The position numbers and the translations under genes are program-made. 64,000 nucleotides of DNA from the human T2T-CHM13v2.0 reference genome, Homo sapiens. Within the stretch, counting starts at the first letter, position 1; each line of letters opens with the position of its first letter. The notes beneath the pieces were generated by a model that saw only the letters and a program-made list of their open reading frames with translations, was not told the origin of the DNA and made no database searches. Positions 1 to 13,828 of the stretch are shown piece by piece. Location: the NCBI RefSeq assembly GCF_009914755.1, contig NC_060929.1. One strand, given 5' to 3'.

Positions 1-54
1 GTAAATAACCTACCTTCAAAAAGCAGAATATATATATAGGGAGAGACAGTGAGG

Positions 55-55
<1 letters not shown>

Positions 56-111
<56 letters not shown>

Positions 112-147
112 GTATATGTGCAAATGTGTGTATGTGTGTATATACAC
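56..147. repeat. Compound microsatellite (TA)n(GA)n followed by degenerate (TG/TA)n
   Basis: Direct reading: (TA)n 56-83, (GA)n 84-110, then tgtatatgtg-type units. Confidence 0.95.
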
Positions 148-389
148 ATTTCTTCAAATATAGATACACTAGAAAAATACTAGCTCTGGCTAATATGTGC
201 ACCTGATTTGAGGTCTAGTGTCTATTATATCTAAAATTGACTGAACACTTAATAAATACTTAGAGAATCTGTGAACAGTAAATATGGGGGGTAAGTTTAA
301 AAGAATAGGCAATTTCTACATTAAATAATACCAGTTCATTTTTATAAACCTCTTTACTAAATACATCTACATTTTTTTCCTTAAATGAT

Positions 390-930
390 TTTAACCATGT
401 CCATGTAGCATAAGGGCAGATATTACTCCTACATCATAGATAACAAAATTGAGGAACAAAGAGCTTAAATACACTGTAAAAGTTAATGTACTGAAACTGT
501 CAAAGCCAGTTGTTAGTTCCCAGTTCAGAGTCCCCTCTGTTGGATTATGTTGGTCTTGTTAGCTTAAAACACTACAAAGTAAATCTTTTTGATGTGAGCT
601 CGCTCAGCAAAGAGAGCTCTGTCTCCATTATGCTTTTTAACTAGCAAGCTTCTCCATAGTTAATACTCAGCATTGGCTATTTGAGATTTCTTCTTCAGCC
701 ATAAATCCTAAGGGAAATGGGTAGGAGAAGCCTGGGAAGTCAGGTAAAATTATCAAGAGAAATTTTAGTTTCCGAAGAGATATTTCACTGAACTTCCCAG
801 GCAGTTGCATAACACTTTTCCTCCTACAACTACTTTAATTTGATCTTTGCAAAATGCTTGTGAGGTGCATAGGAATCAATTTCATAACTATTGTTTTACA
901 GATAAGAAAATTGAGACTTGTCATAGAGAA
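390..930 (-). mobile_element. Two degraded MIR fragments (~390-535 and ~830-930)
   Basis: ttttacagataagaaaattgagac resembles the reverse-strand MIR core TTTTACAGATGAGGAAACTGAGG; boundaries approximate. Confidence 0.55.
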
Positions 931-1763
931 ACTAGAGAATTCATCTTCAGTTGTTTACCTTCTGAGTCTGTAAAAAGTCTCTATGACCTTAAAAAATTGA
1001 GAAAAAAAGCTTCTGTCCTTTAAAATAACTTTAGTTGCTTAATAATTTAGACTACTGGAGAGCTACCTTTTTTGCCCATTTGTATTTGCAGTTAACTATG
1101 AAATTATGCTCTGTAACAATGTGTAATTTTTAAAATTCTAGAATACTACAAAAATGCTTTTAAAAAGACAAATGACCCTTAGGGAGCACAAGAAAGATAA
1201 TCCTGTCCTCTCTTTTCACCTGTGGCTATAATATTTTATAAGATTATTTTTTGTTGTTGTTGTTTGGGTAGTATAAAATTTCCAATACTATCTTAATTTA
1301 TGGGGCTATACTTTTTCCACAAAATTGTACCAAAAAAAGTATTGTTCTTGGTGCCTCTTCATTAAGTATCCTTAGTTGTGTTTTTTTTTTCTTTCCTTTT
1401 CTAGCCTGAAATTTCAAGATGTTGACTGCTTTCATTTACTCTCACAATCTTGGTATTTCTAGAAAATACATTACAGAGATAGATTATATGAACATGAGTG
1501 ATAACCTCGATTTATAATTCTTTAATGAATTTGAATCATATTCTAAGTTAATTTTAATAATCATTCCAGTTGTCAAAAAAGCCAATGAAATTTATATAAT
1601 ATTTATGATGGTAATAAATATTTGTTTCCTAGTAAATGACATATCCACAAAGGCTGGGTGTAACAGGTTTTAGGATTTCAGATGTACAGAAAGGAAAATG
1701 ACCAAATTAATAATAAAGATTAAAGTCATTGGTCCAAAAAGACAATCAGAACCATTCTACCTT

Positions 1764-1798
<35 letters not shown>

Positions 1799-1811
1799 AA
1801 AAAAAACTTAC

Positions 1812-2069
1812 CCAGTGTTCCACAGGGCTTATTTTTATAAGTGCAGATATCATATCTATGGAGAAAACAGAGATGAAATTTGTAATCTGATCAGATTTGT
1901 AACATATTTTTCTATATTCATCATACTTCTCTCCTGAAGTTGTCAGACCACAATTAATGCAATTATGAGCAATCAACTGGAGTGTCGGCATTTTCAGCAC
2001 TCTACAGTGCTGAGGGACACCACAGGCAGCACTACACTCACAGCCTCTGGCTGCAAGCCAATAGAACAC
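1812..2069 (-). other. Candidate spliced exon of an unidentified minus-strand transcript (258 nt, phase 0-0, open: VFYWLAARG...ISPVEHW)
   Basis: Acceptor cactttaacctttctttcttactggcag| (branch-like TTTAAC plus pyrimidine tract); donor TGG|gtaagt followed by poly-T; 86 open codons. An alternative internal acceptor ctctgttttctccatag| would give a 44-nt exon, 1855-1812. Confidence 0.45.
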
Positions 2070-3374
2070 CTGCCAGTAAGAAAGAAAGGTTAAAGTGGAT
2101 TTTTGTAATCGCAAGTTCCATAAAACGATCTGCCATACTGTTTTGAAGCTAGAGTACCTTGTCTGCAGACTGTTACTACTTCTGCAAAACGCAAATAGGT
2201 GGCTTCTTATTTCCAATCTCCTTTGAACCTGTGGGAATAGGTTTTGTTACAGACACAGACTGCATTTTATACTTCTGAGCTATAGGCACTATTTGGAGTT
2301 GCTTTAACTCTAGCACAGGTTCTTGTTAAAGAAAAAAAGATATTGTAATACAACAATGGGAATAAAATTTATATTACATATTTCTCCTAGTTGTATACCA
2401 GCAAATTAGCATGGCTAAAATACAAATATTTTTAAGTGATTTTACAACAGGCTAAATGAATCTGTCAATAGAAACCTTCCCTAATGTTGATCAGATTTAT
2501 TCTATACCATGCTGCATTATAACTCAATACAAAATATTGAGTCCATAATGTTGCATATTTTAAAAATATTACATTTCGAATCCTGTCAATATTGATATAA
2601 ACATTTATTTTAAGCATTTTCAGTATATCCTTGTAAACATTTTTAAAACCAAAAGTATTTAAAGTTTCTAAAGTGAGAGTAAAAAATAAATGTAAAAGGC
2701 TAAAAATTTTTATTTGCCTCTGTTTTATGCTAGAAGCGAAAAGATTTCAGTTAAAAAGTAAAGCTTCACAAACTACAGGGAAATTCAAGTTGTAAGAGTT
2801 CTCTTTTATTATATATAAATAACGATTAGTCAATATTAGTAGGGGAGAGGGTTAGCAAATAATCCCATTCTTACTTATCAATCACCAGACTAAATTGTAT
2901 ATTATAACCAGCCATATCACTGGGTTGTTGAACTCATTAAAATTTCTGGAGATACCCTCTGTCTATCTTTAGAATTTCAAACTCTTCATCCTGCTCATTT
3001 TACATTTGAGGAAAGGGATTTTCTTTTCCTCTTGCATAAACTTCTCTTCTGACCATTCACATATTCATCCTCTCTATTTCTTCTTTTGTAATTGGTAAGC
3101 CATGGGACTGCAATGCTTGGAACACCCTCGAATGTAAGATATAGAGAGGGTACCAGTGTACTCATCGAAGCACCATAAAGTATATTCTTGGTGTCACAGT
3201 CAATTTATCTTGCAACATAGTGTGTTATGCCTATTGTTACATAGCCACAACCTTTTCTAGCAGTCTTCAAGAAAACGTAAAGGAAGACTTTTCATGGTAA
3301 TGCAGATACAGATGTTTCAATAGAATCTATTTCTAAACCTCCAAGTTCCACAGTGCCCTTCCTAAAACTGGTCT

Positions 3375-3840
3375 ACCAGTTTGCTGAACATTTATCATAT
3401 GCCCAGGTATAGTGCCATATACTAGGAATAGAAAGATAAATAAGTTACTTTTGGTCTATTTGGGGAAATAAAACACAAGTGATATATTACAGAAAAATGT
3501 TGAAAAAAGATTAAATAAAATAAATGTAAAAATAGTTAGAGTTACATTATGCAATCAGTATTTGTTAACTACTATCATGATGATTATTGCCATAACCTAC
3601 TTAAAAACAAAATATAGAAATACAGACAAAACAGTGAATACACATAGAAAACTAGGAAACAGATTCATATAGGACATACATCTGAAACAGGTTTTAAAGA
3701 TTAAGCCAGATTAAAAAAAAAGAAAAGTAAAAGCATTCCAAGAAAAGAATAGAGTATTCAAAGGAACAAAGTCTAGAAAGAGTATGGCATATCTGAAGAA
3801 CGATGAGAATTTCAGAGAGGCTGAAACATTGAATGCTAAA
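3375..3840 (-). mobile_element. L2 3' fragments
   Basis: tgaacatttatcatatgcccaggtatagtgcc and gcattccaagaaaagaatag...aaagg resemble the reverse L2 3' end. Confidence 0.55.
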
Positions 3841-6319
3841 CCAGATTTGTTTTTCTTATAGACAAAACCAACTTAGAAAATAGTTTGTATAGTAGAGAAG
3901 GATTTTTTCAAACCATGAGTATATATACAGATTGAGTTTATATATAGATATAAATCTGGAAGGATAACAGTGGGTATCTAAGGGAGAGGTGGGAGAGTAG
4001 GGAGAATATACATACATATATACATTTCTGTACAACCAACTTTAATCAGAAACTCTTTCAGCTATGCCTGTCTCTGATGATAAACACAAGAGAAACTTGA
4101 TAATTAGCCAATGAATGTCTAATGAATGTTAAAAATGTGTTTTTCATTGCATTGAAGGAAAAAATTAGTGGTGCTCCAGATCTGTAGATTGGCCAAAATA
4201 TTTCAGAAGCACTGCCCCACTTTGCATGAACCCATACAAAAACCCCACAAGCTTTGCAGGATGTATACTTAGGTAACACATCTGAGATTTGTCCTGTATG
4301 TCCACTCAATGGTTTGGAGTATTAGGGTTCCTGATAACAAATATAAGGGTAATAAATTCTGTCCCCATAATATTTTCATATACAAATTGAGGGCACTCTT
4401 CATGCAAAGTATTGTCAGAGCACCTAAATAACAGAGTTGGAATGTCATCAAGCTTATAAAATAAGGAATATGATATTTGTGCCTTCCTGCTTATTTTACA
4501 GATATTTATATTTATAATGGAATTTGATCTAAAACTTCCCTTCATTATAACTGATAACCTTTATCCACCAAATCCTAAGGTTTTGCCTGAACATACTAGC
4601 TTAGCTCAGTTTGCAACAATAAAAATTCCAGATTGATAAATGGAAGGCATGACAAGGTAATAAAAAAAAATTTATATGTGGCTATATCTACCATGATACC
4701 TACTTCTAATAGATTTATCTTCTTTAGGCCATTCTTATAATTGCCTTCCCTGAATATGTATCATGGAATAGCAGAAACAGACTGTGGGCAGAAGAAAGAC
4801 TTCAGTCATGGATTAAAAAGTACACCATCTTATCCATGAATTATATAATATAGAATCAAGTTGTATTTATACTATAAATTGGGAATAATAAATCTGAAAC
4901 ATTAAAGTTTCTATTGAAGGTAAACTTCACTATACTTAATTTCCATTCAAATATAGAATTGATGAATATGAATATTTTTCCATACTTTGTGTATACTCAC
5001 TCAATATCATGTTACCTGCACATAACAAAATGTTCAGCAGAAGTGCAAGGTAATCATTTGAGACATTTTTTAAAACTCAAAATTGCTTTTAGTTTATTAT
5101 TTACATATTTTATAAACTTACTATTATCTCATATTTTACCTTTTTCAATTTCTTTTTTGTGGGATATTTCTTACTCTATTCATTCTCTTATTCCTATTTT
5201 CCTTCTTCTTCATGTATAAATTCCTGATTCTTTCCTTTCCCACAAACTATTCTCTGTGCTGTCAGCCCCATATTTCTTACAAATGTAAAAATCTTGAGAA
5301 ATCATTTAATTCAAGCTCTACTACACTTAAGCCAATGTCTCTTAAAGTAGGCCAAATATGAACCAGCTTATTTCAGTTCCTCGATATAACTCTCAGTCGT
5401 CTCCCATCTTATATTTAAATATCATTTTTAAATTTTATGCTATAATAATAATCTTCACTAACTTCACACCCTCTTTCTTTCTTTTACCTAACTTTCTCAT
5501 TTTTACTTTGCATCATATTCACTCTACATCCCATCAACTCTTCTCTGCCATACTGTGGGTTTACCTTATTTTCCTCCAGATCCAAGCCACTTCAGGAAAA
5601 ATTACAAAGAAAAATAATGCAAGGAGTCTCGCTTTATCCCAAATATATAATTGGTATACTTTTAGGACTTTTATTGCAGCAGTACAAATTGAAGAAAGAA
5701 GAGATTGAGGAAAAGGAATTCTAATTGCTTACTCTCAACACCCTTTACAAAAATCAGTCACTACTAAATCCTTACCAACCCACAGGTGGCAGAAGCCCCC
5801 AAACTTAGGCCTGTGATCCTAACTTCAGACTAGGCTAAGAAGTACACTGGAATGCTAAGAATTAAAAGAAAAGCTGAAATAAAATTGGAAAATGTTCTTT
5901 ATTCTGAATTTGGATAGAAAAATAGCACCTTATCCCTATGGTACTTTTTTGGTTTTCTTTTCGTGAAAGTGTAATAACGGCTTCAGATGAAAAAGAATTA
6001 AGAAAGTTGGTCATAGGGAATCTACATAAAGCCCAGTACTTTAGGGAAATCAGGGTTCCACTTTTGAGTGAGTAGATGAATGCATATGTTGCCATTCTTT
6101 TACCCTAAATTCATAATGACGTTGGACAATTGAGCAAGATCAAAACTAGAGAATTTGGTTGAGACTGTAACGTTGGTATACTTTTTGGGTATGGATACTT
6201 TCAACTCTTTAATCTTCTAGTCACTTTTGCCTAGGCATGGCTATCAGAAGAAACTGACCAAAACACATGATTAAGTTGCATTTTAAGATCTCCAAAATAT
6301 AGCGTTACCTTCCACCACC

Positions 6320-6955
6320 AGCAGACATGCCCCCAGGGCAGCCAAGCAGCCTTTTGTCTGAATCCCAAGCCTGAGAAGCAGCCCCATGGGCTGCCCCTGA
6401 AAGACACACCCTCCCAGCCAGCCAAGCAGCTGTGTGCCTGAGCCCAGAGCCAGGAATATAGCCCCATGGGCCACCTGCAGCAGACACCCACCCAGGCCAG
6501 CCAAGAAGTCATGTGACCACATCCCAGGCCTAAGAAACAGCCGTGTGGGCCACCACTGGCAAACACGCCCTAGGCTAACCAAGGAGCTGTGCAGCTGTGT
6601 CCTAGGCAAGATAAACAGCCTGCCCCCAGCAGACTTGCCACCAAGCCAGCTGAACATCCTTATGCCTGCATTACAGGCCTGAGAAATAGCCCTGTGGGCC
6701 AACCCTGGCAGACACATCCCCATGCCAGCCAAGCAGCTGTGCACTCATGTCCTGGACCTGAGAAATAGCCCTCCAAGCCACTCTTGGCAGGCACACCCCC
6801 AGGCTGTCTAAGTAACTGCATGCCTGTGTTTCCAATCAGAGTAATAGCACGATGGCCCTAAACCTAGTGAGTCAGACTGCAAGCTAGCCAACCCACCATG
6901 TGCATACATTTCTGACCTGAGAAATAGCCCAGCAAGCCCACCCCGGCAAAGCTAT
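6320..6955 (+). repeat. Degenerate ~79-bp tandem monomers in the L1 5' region (~8 units)
   Basis: cctgagaaa(t/c)agccc...gcagacac...ccagccaagcagc recurs at about 6370, 6449, 6529, 6607, 6678, 6757, 6836 and 6916. Confidence 0.85.
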
Positions 6956-9951
6956 GCCACCATCAAAACAAACTCTCTCAGCCAAGGTCACTGAGAAATT
7001 CACAAACACCACTAATGTGAATTACAGCTGAAGAAACTATACACAGACAATACTACTGTGTCTATCTAGAACCAAGGCTAACAGACCCCACCAAACTGAC
7101 ACCCCAAGACCTATTTATATGGATTAATCTTTCCCTATGAAACCTACTCCATAAAATTAGAAGAGGTAGCTTTTCTACCAGTTGCACAGAAATCAATATG
7201 GGAACATGTCAATCATAAAAAAAGCAAAAAAAAAAAAAATGCAACCCACAAAGAAAAACAATAATTCTTCAGTAACAGAAACCAAATCATAAGGAAATAT
7301 ATGAAATGCCAGAAAAAGAATTCAAAAAAATAATCTTAAGGAAAGTGAGATATAATATAGATAGACAATTTAATGAAATCAGAACAATTAACGATTTGAA
7401 TGAGAAATTCAATAGAGATAAATATGAAATAAAAAATAGAAGAAAAGAGAAATACTAGAATAGAAGAATTAAATGAAGGAAATAAATACAATCAAGAGTT
7501 TCAACAACAGACTAGATCAGGCAGAAGAAAGAACTTCCAAACAGAAAGACAAGTATTTTGAAATAACACAGGCAGAAAAAGTAAAGAAAGAAAAAGGAAC
7601 AAAAAAGAATGAAGAAAGCCTATAGGATTTATGGAACACTAATAAGTTAACAAAAGTTTGTATTATGAGCTTCCAGAAGGAGAAAAGAAGGAAAAAAGTG
7701 AGGAAACCATATTTTATGAAATAATAACAGAAAACTTCCAAAGACTTGGGAAAGAGATGGACTTCCAAAGTCTTAGGAGAGAGTCCAGAAAGCTCGAATA
7801 ACTCTAAATGGATTTACTCCAAACAAGTCCTCTCCAAGGCACACATAGTCAAATTGTCAAAAGTCAAAGCAAAGAATTTTAAAAGCAATGAGAGAAAAGT
7901 GTCAAGTCATATATAAACAAATCACCATTAGACTAACAGCTAATTTCTCAGCAGAAATCTTATAGGCCAGGAGAGAATGAGAAGGTGTATTTAAAGCACT
8001 GAAAGAAAAAAAAAATATGCCACCAAAGAATAGTATACCCAGCAAAGCTATCCTTCAGAAATTTAAAAAAATATATTATTTCACAGACAAGCAAAACCTA
8101 AGGAACTTTCGTAACACTAGCCTGGCCTTACAAGACATGCTCAGGGAAATCTCACATCTGGAAATCAAAAAATAATAACCATCATCATGAAAACATGTAG
8201 AATTATAAAACTCACTGGTCAAGCAAATACACAAAGAATAAAGACAAAGGAATCAAACCTCAGCATTACAGAAAACCACCCAATGGTAAAAGTAAACAAT
8301 AAGAGAGGAAGGAAGGAGCAAATGATAAACCAAATAACTGGAAAATGATCGATAAAATTACAGGAATAAATTCTTATCTATTAATAGTAACCTTGAATGT
8401 AAATGGATTAAATTCCCCATTGAAAAGATATAAACTGGCTAAATAGATTTAAAAAAAAAAGGACCCAATATAAATTGTCTGCAAGAAACACACTTCACCT
8501 GTAAAGAGATAAAAACAGGTATTCCATGCAAACCGAAACCAAAAGAGAGCAGGTATACCTCTATTTATATCAGATAAAACAAACTTGAAATTAAAAGCTG
8601 TAAAAAGAGACAAAGTATTATTTAAAAAATAATAAAGGGATCAATTCGGCAAGAGAATATAACAATTGTAAATATATATAAACCCTACACAGGAACACCC
8701 AGATACATAGAGCAAATATTATCAGATCTAAAGAGAGAGATAGGCTGCAATAATATGTCACTCTCAGCATTGGACAGATCATCTAGACAGAAAATCAACA
8801 AGGAAACATCAGATGTTCAAGAAGAACACTCAAAACTATACAAACGTATGAAATTAAACAACATGCTCCTGAATAACAAATGGATGAAGGAATAAATTAA
8901 GAATAAAATTTTAAAATTTCTTGAAACAAATAAAAATAGAAACACAACATACCAAAACCTATAGGACATAGCAAAAGCAATATAAGAGGAAAGCTTATAG
9001 CAATAAATGCATAAATCAAAAAACTAAAATGATTTCAAATAAACAACTTAACAATGCATCTCAAGAAACTAGAAAAATAAGAAAAACCCAAACCCCAAAT
9101 TTGTAGAAGAAATAACAAAATCAGAGCAACAATAAATGAAAATGAAACTAAAAAATATGAAAGATCGATAAAACAAAAAGGTGGTTTTTTGAAAAGATAA
9201 CGAAAACTGACAAGCCATTTGCTAGACTAAGAAGAAAAGAGAGACGACTCAAATGAATAATATCTCAGAAATAAAAAAAAGTGATGCCACAACAGACACC
9301 ACAGAAACATAAAGGGTCATTAGAGACTACTATGAACAACTATATTCCAATAAATGTGAAAACCTAGAAGAAATGGATAAATTCCTGGACACATGCAACT
9401 TACTAAGGTTGACCAAAAAGAAATAGAAAACCTGAACAGACCAATTATAAGAGACTGAATCAATAATAAAAAGACTTCTAAGAAAGAAAAGTCCAAGACC
9501 AGGTGACTTCACCACTGATTTCTAACAAATCTTCTAAGAAGGGTAAGTACCAATTCTTCTCAAACTACTCCAAAAAAGTGAAGCAGAGAGAAATCTTTCC
9601 TAACTCATTCTATGAGGCCACCATAACTCTGATACTACCAGACAAGGAGACAAGAAGAAAAGAAAACTCCAGGCCAATATCCCTGATAAATGTAGACACA
9701 AAAATCTTCAATAAAATAGTGGCAAACCAAATACAACAGCACATCAAAAAGATAATACACCATGATCAAATGAGATTTATCACAGGAATGCAAGGATAGT
9801 TCAACATATGCAAATCAATAAATGTCATATATCACATGAATAGAATGAAGGACAAAACCCACATAATCATCTCAATAGATGCAGAAAAAGCATTTGATAA
9901 AATTCAATATTGTTTAATGATAAAAACTCTTAATAAATTAGGTATAGAAGG

Positions 9952-10311
9952 TGTATTAGTCCATTTTCACACTGCTGACACAGACATACCCTAGACTGGG
10001 CAATTTACAAAAAAAAAGAGGTTTAATGGACTCACAGTTCCATGTGGCTGGGGAGGCCTCACAATCATGGTGGAAGGTGAAAGGCATGTCTCACATGGTG
10101 GCAGACAAGAGAAGAAGGCTTGTGTAGGGAAACTCCCCTTTATGAAACCATTAGATCTCATGAGACTTATTCACTATCATGAGAATAGCATGGGAAAGAC
10201 CCACCCCCATGATTCAGTTACCTCCCACCGGGTCCCTCCCACAACATGTGGGAATTGTGGGAGCTAAAATTCAAGATGAGATTTGGGTGGGGACACAGCT
10301 AAACCATAACA
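9952..10311 (-). mobile_element. THE1B-type MaLR solo LTR inserted in L1 ORF2
   Basis: tgtattagtccattttcacactgctg...gagatttgggtggggacacagctaaaccataaca; 5-bp TSD GAAGG at 9947-9951 and 10312-10316. Confidence 0.93.
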
Positions 10312-12059
10312 GAAGGAAAGTACCTCAACATAATAAAGGCCCTATGTGACAAACCCACAGCCAAAATCATATTTAACAGAGAAAAGAAGCTTTTCCTCTA
10401 AAATCTGAAACAAGACAAGCATGCATATTCTCACCACTCTTGCTCAACATAGTACTAGAAGTCCTAGCCAGAACAATAAAGCAAGAAAGGGAAAGTTGAA
10501 GAGCATCCAAATTGGAAAGAGGATGTCAACTTGTCCCTGTTTGCAGATGACATAATCTTATATATAGAAAACTTAAAGACTCTATCAAAAAACCTCTTAG
10601 ATCTGATATACAAATTCAGTAAAGTTACAGAATACAAAATTAATGTACAAAAATCAGTAGCATTTCTATACATAAATGAACTAGTTGAAAAAAATCCAGA
10701 AGACAATCCCATTTACAATAGCTACAAATAAAGTAAAATACTTGGGAATAAATTTAACCGAGGAGGTGAAAAACCTCTACAAGGACAACTACAAAACACT
10801 GATGAAAGAAACTGAAGAGGACACAAACCAATGGAAAGATATCCCATGGTTATGAATCAGAAGAATTAATACTGTTAAAATGACCATACTACCCAAATCA
10901 ATGTACGGATTTAATGTAATTCCTTAAAAAATACCAACAACATTCTTCACAGAAAACAAAAACCCTAAAATGTGTAAGAAACCACAAAAGACCCCGAATA
11001 GACACGGCAATCATAAGCAAAAAGAACAAAGATGGAGGCACCATACTACCAGAACTCAAAATACATTACGAAGCTGCAGTAACCAAAACAACATGGTACT
11101 GGCATTAAAAACAGATGTATAGACCAATAGAACAGAACAGAGAACACAAAATTAATCCACGTATATACGGCCAATTGATTTTTGACAAAGGTGCCAAGAA
11201 CACTCATTGGGCAAAGGACAGTATCTTCAATAAATGGTGCTGGGGAAACCAGATAACCATATGCAAAAGAATGAAACCAGACCCCCACTTCTCACTCTAT
11301 ACAAAACTCAATTCAAAATTGATCAAAGACCTAAATGTAATATCTGAAACATTAAAACTACTAGAAGAAAACGTAGGGGAAATGCTTCAGGACATTGGTC
11401 TGAGAAAAGAACTTTTATAAATAAAACCTCAAAAGCACAGGCCACAAAAGCAAAAATAAACAAATGGAACTATATGAAACTAAAAAGCTTCTGCAGAGCA
11501 AAATAAGCAATCAACAGAATACAATGCCAACCTACACAATGGGAGAAAATATTTGCAAACTGCTCATCTGACAGGAGATTAACATCATACCTAGAATATA
11601 TAAGGAATTAAAACATCTCAACAGCAAAAGTACAAACAATCCATTTAAGGAATGGGCAAATAATCTGAACAGACATTTCTCAAAAAAAGACATTCGAATG
11701 GCCAACACATACATTTTTAAAATGCTCAACATCACTAATCGTCATGCTTTTGCTGATAGCATGAATTAAAGATTTACCATTTGTAAAATATCTCCCTGGC
11801 TAGTCACATCATAATTTGAGTTTTACATTCATTCTAATATAGGGTATTTTTTATTGGAAAGCATAGAGATAGCCAGAAATGTCTTTTGCCCTGGCAAAAC
11901 TGTCCCCACACCATTTTAAAATATTGATTTAGCTAACAAGAGCTCAGTTACAAAAGCCTATGAATAGAGAGTTTTCACTTCTTTGCCATCATCAATAACC
12001 CCAATTCAACAGATTATAACATCTGTCCTCTGGGCCTTTCTTCATTACTATTCCAACCC

Positions 12060-12460
12060 TTTTCCTTCTCCTGGATAACAAAATAACTTTCTCTTTCATT
12101 GTTCTGTCACTAAATTATGTTACATATTTATTTACAATAAATAAGTTATTACTATATTTCTATACATCCACAAAAATGGGATATTACATCATTTGCATCC
12201 TGATTTTTAGTTACCAACATATTTTGAAAATCTTTCTAAGTCAGGAAAGATATATGGATATCATTTTAATGGCTTTATCATATTTTACCGTATGGATGTA
12301 GAAAAGTGTAATTGAAGAATTCTCTATTGTTGAAAATTTTTGTTTCCAAGTTTTCACTGATACAAAATTAATCACAATGAACATCACTATATTTTTATAT
12401 ATTTGTCTGATTTTTCCATTATAAATTCCAAGGAGTGAAACATATTTAAGGATTATCATT
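12060..12460 (-). mobile_element. Old L1ME-like 3' fragment
   Basis: tcattttaatggctttatcatattttaccgtatggatg...ttccaagttttcactgatacaa pattern of antisense old L1 3' ends. Confidence 0.55.
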
Positions 12461-12499
12461 TATATTGTCATGATCTGACTCCTATCCAATTCTGTTGCC

Positions 12500-12910
12500 T
12501 TATGTCCACTCTGTCCTCTCTTTTCAGTCTCAAGACATATTCGTCTTATTTTCGTTTCCCAAACAAAAATGCTTTGTTCTATTTTATGTCATCTGACTAT
12601 GCTATTCATGCTATCTGGCTCACTTTTCTACTGACTAAACTTTCTTCGGCTAGGTTATTCCTACTAATTCTTCGGATTCTTTTCAATGGATTTCCTGAAG
12701 GAAATGTTTCCTAACTGAGATTCCCCTAATAAAATTTAGCTCCTTAAATTTTTCTTACATATCTCTCATCAAACTGGTAATTTTTACATATGCGTTTTTC
12801 TACACTAGACTCAAATTCTCTGAGATTAGGGAGTGGTCTCTGTTGCTCTCGATTATATCCCAGCATCTAAAAAAATTCCTGGAGCATAGTAAGTGTTTAT
12901 AATGTTTATA
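12500..12910 (+). mobile_element. L2 3' end
   Basis: actagactcaaattctctgagattaggga...cctggagcatagtaagtgtttataatg resembles the L2 terminus. Confidence 0.55.
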
Positions 12911-13828
12911 GAGTTAAAGCCCTCTAGAAAGATTATATCAGCTTAGGATTACACAAATCCATTCTCAATATCCTTAATTTCCAGTAATCTAATAACCTTC
13001 CAATTTCCACTCCCTATTTCCATTTCCCAATTCACAGAAAACGAAAACCCTAAAATGTGTAAGAAACCACAAAAGATAAGAAAAAATAAGAAAAAAATTA
13101 TTTTTGAAGTATCAAAATACAGATCATGAAGTTGCTGTATGTTTGTAAGGGAATCAAAACAATTTAAAAGGTATATTTAATATAGTATTGCCTTGGTAAA
13201 TAGATAATGGAATATGTTTGATTCACATAAAAATTCACCTAATAAGATATTCTTTCATGATTAGTGAATCAAAAAAATTAAACCACTTTTTCAACAAATA
13301 CCAGAGCTTACCAGGTATCAGGGAAAGAAAAAGCACATAAGACTGACATAATCTCTCAACTTAGAAAATTTAGAAACTTTTCTATAATCAGGAAAGGTTT
13401 GATTATACGTTACCAGAATAAGAAAGTGTTTTCATTCTTTTACACCATTGGAGTACAATTTATTAGACTGAACTTTGGTCACTTTGAAGTCACTTTTGAG
13501 TCTTCCCTTTCCTTTCTTCTTTCATACGAATGAAAAATCTTTCTCAGTGTAGCTGTATTTGTCCTTTCAGTTCTGACCCTATTTACAAATCCCTAATTTA
13601 TACCTTTAACTGTGTTAGGATTAATGCAAATATCTTTTATTCAAATCTATCTTATACAGTACATAGCTTATTATTCCTAAAGAAAGCACAGTTGTGCTCA
13701 TGCCATTCTGGCACTCAAAAACTCAATTGTCCCCAAAATCTAAACACGTTAGCCTGAAGTTCAAAACCCCTAATAATCTAGCTTAAATTTACCTTTATGA
13801 AATCTTCTGCTGCATCCAATTTTGACTT

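Larger units (their letters stand above)
6310..11741 (+). mobile_element. Old LINE-1 (L1PB/L1MA-type): tandem-repeat 5' region, decayed ORF1 (~7200-8190) and ORF2 (~8360-11741), no 3'UTR
   Basis: ORF-track peptides match L1 ORF2 ([43 protein letters not shown]); many stops and frameshifts. Confidence 0.93.

Noticed and set aside
1746-2216. The full 156-aa ORF as a single-exon gene
   Set aside because: Non-ATG start, and it runs through a splice donor into poly-T (poly-Phe); only the 2069-1812 portion is exon-like
4058-4545. Three overlapping minus ORFs after a ttatttag acceptor-like site
   Set aside because: No convincing donor, frames inconsistent and no recognisable homology
4914-5708. 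Hydrophobic 101-aa and 116-aa ORFs resembling membrane proteins
   Set aside because: T-rich low-complexity, probably L2-derived sequence yields F/L/I/S-rich frames by composition
6231-6955. CRISPR-like periodicity and several overlapping 60-153 aa ORFs
   Set aside because: The units are contiguous degenerate monomers without unique spacers, sit at an L1 5' end in primate DNA with no cas genes, and the ORFs are by-products of GC-rich repeats
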